A stretch of 64,000 nucleotides of DNA, taken from positions 44,680 through 108,679 of the forward strand of contig CAZFSV010000001.1 of the NCBI GenBank assembly GCA_964522195.1, written 5' to 3'. Source of the stretch: an uncultured Candidatus Saccharibacteria bacterium (GTDB lineage Bacteria > Patescibacteriota > Minisyncoccia > Phycocordibacterales > UBA9973). A program made the translations under genes and the position numbers. The number at the start of each line of letters is the position of its first letter. The first letter of the stretch is position 1. The notes below the pieces were generated by a model. It was not told the origin of the DNA and did not search any database. It saw only the letters and a program-made list of their open reading frames with translations. Shown here piece after piece: positions 60,494 through 64,000 of the stretch.

Positions 60494-62713
60494 ATGAGAT
60501 TACTTGATTTAGAAGTAAATGGTTTTAAATCTTTCGCAAAAAAAACAAATTTAGAATTTAATACAAGAATTGTTGCTATTGTTGGCCCAAATGGTTCTGG
60601 TAAATCAAATGTGGTTGAAGCGTTTCGTTTTGTTTTAGGTGAACAGTCTATGAAATCTATGCGCGGTCGCGGAGGTGCAGATCTTATTTTTAAAGGTTCA
60701 AAAGATTTACCAAAAGGAACAAAGGCTAGTGCTACTATTTATTTTAATAATTCTGACAGAGTTTTTAAATTATCTTCTGATAATGGGGAAGAAATGAATT
60801 TAAATTTTGATACTATTTCAATTACTCGCGAAGTTTATATAGATGGTTTAAATAAATATATTTTAAATGGAAGTGAAGTTCGCTTGAAAGATATTCACAA
60901 TCTACTTGCTTCTTTAAATATTGGTTCTTCTGGGCACCATATCATTTCTCAAGGAGAAGCTGATAGGATACTTAATGCAAATGCAAAAGAAAAAAGAGAA
61001 ATGATAGAGGACGCTTTAGGTCTTAAAGTTTTTCAATATAAAATAAAAGAATCTACTCGTAAGCTTGAAAGATCTAATGAAAATTTAAAAGAAGTTATTT
61101 TACTTAAAAGAGAAAATGCTCCACATTTAGCTTATTTAAAAAAACAAATTGAAAAATTTGAAAAAATTAAAGAATTAAAAGAAGAGTTAATAAATCTGTA
61201 TAATGAATTCCTGTCTAAGGAAAGTGTTTATATACAAAAGCAAAAAATTTCTTTAAATCAAGAAAAAGAAATTTTAAAAAAAGAAGTTCACGAAACTAGT
61301 CTTTTGATTAATCAAATTTCTATTGGAGAAAATATAGAAAATCCAAAATTAGAAGAATTAAAAAAAATAGAAAATGACTTGAATTCTTTGCGTAGGGTAA
61401 AAAGTGAAATTGAGCGCAAATTAGGAAGAATGGAAGGCATGATTGAATCTCGAAAATGGAAGCAAGATGAAGTAAAAAATGTAAAAGTTTTTAATCAAGA
61501 TGAAATTCAAAATATTATTTTTGAAGTTGATTCTTATATTAATGAAGCTTTAAATCAGGATGATTTAAATAATATTAAAAATATTTTAAGAAATATCAAA
61601 AATATTTTTATAAAATTAAATAAAGAAGAAAATAATACCATAAATCATGATTTGGAAATTAAAGAATTAGAAAATGATTATAAACAAGTTCTCTCTGAAT
61701 TAGAATTTATTAAAAAAGACGAAGAAGAAAAATCTAAAATTATTCTTTCCTTAAAAGAAGATATTAACAAAGAAATGGAAGCTGGTATAGACAAAGAAAG
61801 AGAGCGTTTTGCTCTTAAGGTTAAATATCAAGAATTAAATTCAAAACTTTCTTTATGTGAAGTTAGATTAGAAAATCTGGCTCGCGAAATAGAACAATTT
61901 GAGAATGAAATTCGTGAAGGTGAAGTATTGATAGGTAATGATATTTATAAATTTAAAGATTTTAATATTGGTGGTGAAATAGATAAATCTATTCAAGATG
62001 ATTTAAAGAGAAGAATTGAGAGAATAAAAATTAAAATTGAAGACAGTGGACTAGGTAATTTAGATGAAACTTTAAAAGAATACAATACAGTAAATGAAAG
62101 AGATGTTTTCTTAATAAAAGAGATAGAAGATTTAACATCAAGTATATATTCTTTAGAGCAATTAATTTTAGATCTTAAAAATAAAATTGATATTGAGTTT
62201 AAAAATGGCATTAATAAAATTAATATTTATTTTAAAGAATTTTTTTCGCTTATGTTTGGAGGAGGAGATGCAAAAATAATCATTAGTCAAATTTCAAAAA
62301 AGAAAAAAGATATAGAAGAAGGGGATGAAATCATAGAAATTGAAGAAGAAGAAAAAGAAGAAGGAATAGAGATTGATGTATCTCTTCCTCATAAAAAAGT
62401 AAAAGAATTACATTCCCTTTCAGGAGGAGAAAGATCTCTTACTTCTATCGCACTTCTTTTTGCTATGTCATCTGTTAATCCACCACCTTTCTTAATCTTA
62501 GATGAAACCGACGCAGCCTTAGATGAAGCGAATTCTCGTCGCTACGGAGATATGCTTGAGAGATTAGGTAAAGGATCGCAACTAATCGTAGTTACTCACA
62601 ATAGAGAGACTATGTCGAGAGCAAATATTCTTTATGGAGTAACGGTTTCTTCCCAAGGAGCGTCTCAATTACTTTCTGTAAAATTTGACGAAGCTTCCGC
62701 TCTCGCAAAATAA
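60494..62713 (+). CDS. smc: Short SMC-family chromosome segregation ATPase
   Basis: GFKSF, VGPNGSGKSN, ISQG, LSGGE, LDETDAALD and VTH; follows rnc. Confidence 0.88.
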   Translation: MRLLDLEVNGFKSFAKKTNLEFNTRIVAIVGPNGSGKSNVVEAFRFVLGEQSMKSMRGRGGADLIFKGSKDLPKGTKASATIYFNNSDRVFKLSSDNGEEMNLNFDTISITREVYIDGLNKYILNGSEVRLKDIHNLLASLNIGSSGHHIISQGEADRILNANAKEKREMIEDALGLKVFQYKIKESTRKLERSNENLKEVILLKRENAPHLAYLKKQIEKFEKIKELKEELINLYNEFLSKESVYIQKQKISLNQEKEILKKEVHETSLLINQISIGENIENPKLEELKKIENDLNSLRRVKSEIERKLGRMEGMIESRKWKQDEVKNVKVFNQDEIQNIIFEVDSYINEALNQDDLNNIKNILRNIKNIFIKLNKEENNTINHDLEIKELENDYKQVLSELEFIKKDEEEKSKIILSLKEDINKEMEAGIDKERERFALKVKYQELNSKLSLCEVRLENLAREIEQFENEIREGEVLIGNDIYKFKDFNIGGEIDKSIQDDLKRRIERIKIKIEDSGLGNLDETLKEYNTVNERDVFLIKEIEDLTSSIYSLEQLILDLKNKIDIEFKNGINKINIYFKEFFSLMFGGGDAKIIISQISKKKKDIEEGDEIIEIEEEEKEEGIEIDVSLPHKKVKELHSLSGGERSLTSIALLFAMSSVNPPPFLILDETDAALDEANSRRYGDMLERLGKGSQLIVVTHNRETMSRANILYGVTVSSQGASQLLSVKFDEASALAK

Positions 62714-62745
62714 AATTTAAAAATAAAAAACCTGCAATTAAAAAA

Positions 62746-63999
62746 TTAATTTGCAGGTTTTTTTCTTAGGTCTATTTTTTCTTCTTTGCCCTGAATTATT
62801 TTATCTGGTTGGAATAATTTATTTAATTTAACAGTATTCTTTTTATAATCAATACTACCATCACGCCAAAGTTTTAAATCAAGTAGCATTCCTTGCATAG
62901 TGTTTTCTGAAAAACCTTGATCAAAAATAAAATTACCTAAAGAATAAATTATTAAACTATCTTTATAAATCTCTGTATTTTGAATTACATGAGGGTGATG
63001 ACCTATGACTAACTTTGCCCCAGCGTCGACTGCTTTTTTTGCTAAAGTTTCTTGTCTTTTATTGTTTTTCGTTTTGTATTCGTCTCCCCAGTGAATAGAC
63101 ACTACTAGATAATCAACTTGAGCTTTTGCTTTTTTAATTATTTCTTCAAAGCGGGGATTGTTTGCAAGAAGTATTCCAACTTGATCTACTTTAGGCGTTA
63201 ACCCGTTTGGTCCAACATCAGAGAAAGCCAAGAATCCAATCCTCATATCGTATTTTTCTATTATTGTAGGGTTTTCTATATTGCTTGATAAACCAGCCCC
63301 AGCGTATAGAATTTCATTTTCGGTTAGTCTATCCATGGTATCTGATAAAGCTTCTCGTCCCCAATCCCCAGCATGATTATTAGCTAAAGATAGAATACTA
63401 AAATTTGCTCCCTTTAGAGCAGGGATAGTATCAGGATTCATTCTGAAAGAGTATAAGTTTTTTAAGTCGCGACCCTTATCCGAAGCTGGTCCTTCTAAGT
63501 TTCCAAATACAATATCTGATTTTTGTAGAACTTCTAAGTTAGTAAATAGCTTAGAATAATCTCCTAAAAAATTTTTATTAACAGAACTTCTAACTCCACG
63601 ATCAAGCATTATATCTCCCACAAAAGAAAAAGTTATATAATCAGGGTCTTTTATGCTCGGTATATTTAATTTTTCTTTTATCCAGTCTGCATAAGCATCA
63701 CTTTCACCCCCATAATAAACATTTTTATTTAAATATTTTAAAATATTTTCTACGTCACGAACACGATCATTTGAACGAAGTAAAACGATACCAATAGGGC
63801 GAGTTCCTTCTTTCCCTAATGGCAAATTAAATACTGAGATTACTGTTTGTTTTGCTGGATTAGTAAAACCACTTTTACCACCAATGTATTCTTTTTTATG
63901 TAAAAATTGATTTGTGCTAAACCAGTTATGATTTTTAATATTATAACTTCTCTTGCGACTTATTTCTAAAATATTTGATTTTTTCTGATATAAATATCC
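62746..63999 (-). CDS. Peptidase S11-like domain fused to CapA metallophosphatase (5' truncated by window edge)
   Basis: Frame open to the window end with STN...GGKSGFT; CapA motifs VGDIML, GNLE, LANNH, HWG, GHHPH and YSLGNF. Confidence 0.85.
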   Translation of the reverse strand, partial: GYLYQKKSNILEISRKRSYNIKNHNWFSTNQFLHKKEYIGGKSGFTNPAKQTVISVFNLPLGKEGTRPIGIVLLRSNDRVRDVENILKYLNKNVYYGGESDAYADWIKEKLNIPSIKDPDYITFSFVGDIMLDRGVRSSVNKNFLGDYSKLFTNLEVLQKSDIVFGNLEGPASDKGRDLKNLYSFRMNPDTIPALKGANFSILSLANNHAGDWGREALSDTMDRLTENEILYAGAGLSSNIENPTIIEKYDMRIGFLAFSDVGPNGLTPKVDQVGILLANNPRFEEIIKKAKAQVDYLVVSIHWGDEYKTKNNKRQETLAKKAVDAGAKLVIGHHPHVIQNTEIYKDSLIIYSLGNFIFDQGFSENTMQGMLLDLKLWRDGSIDYKKNTVKLNKLFQPDKIIQGKEEKIDLRKKPAN

Positions 64000-64000
64000 A

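Overview
AT-rich bacterial chromosome segment. Gene content and style point to Patescibacteria/CPR, probably Parcubacteria (inference): -10 boxes directly upstream of start codons, a large type IV pilus/competence cluster, and reduced SMC and MetRS proteins. The backbone carries fusA (partial), metG, tatD, recG, malic enzyme, comF-pilMNO-pilB-pilT-pilC-pilins-pilD, ligA, truB, a UvrD-nuclease, trhO, a monomeric PheRS, gyrB, thrS, rpmF, nusB, rnc and smc. Two serine-recombinase elements sit at the 3' ends of tRNA-Ser genes. One is a ~15 kb defence island (type III R-M, PHP-ATPase, Shedu, nucleases). The other is a 3.66 kb element that carries a complete inverted internal copy of its own circular junction (attP). 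The main unannotated signals are: (1) that internal inverted attP, which would let the integrase gene flip and exchange its C-terminus; (2) a promoter- and terminator-bounded small RNA resembling the 5' domain of 23S rRNA, with compensatory base changes; (3) a ~140-nt leader repeated before two unrelated genes, with a conserved 12-aa uORF and mutually exclusive pairings over the downstream start codon; (4) a two-state RNA switch in front of a nuclease operon; (5) a tRNA-Ser with the rare ACT anticodon; (6) a GIY-YIG gene nested between duplicated tRNA 5' ends. All calls were made by eye from the sequence and ORF track; no searches or folding programs were run.
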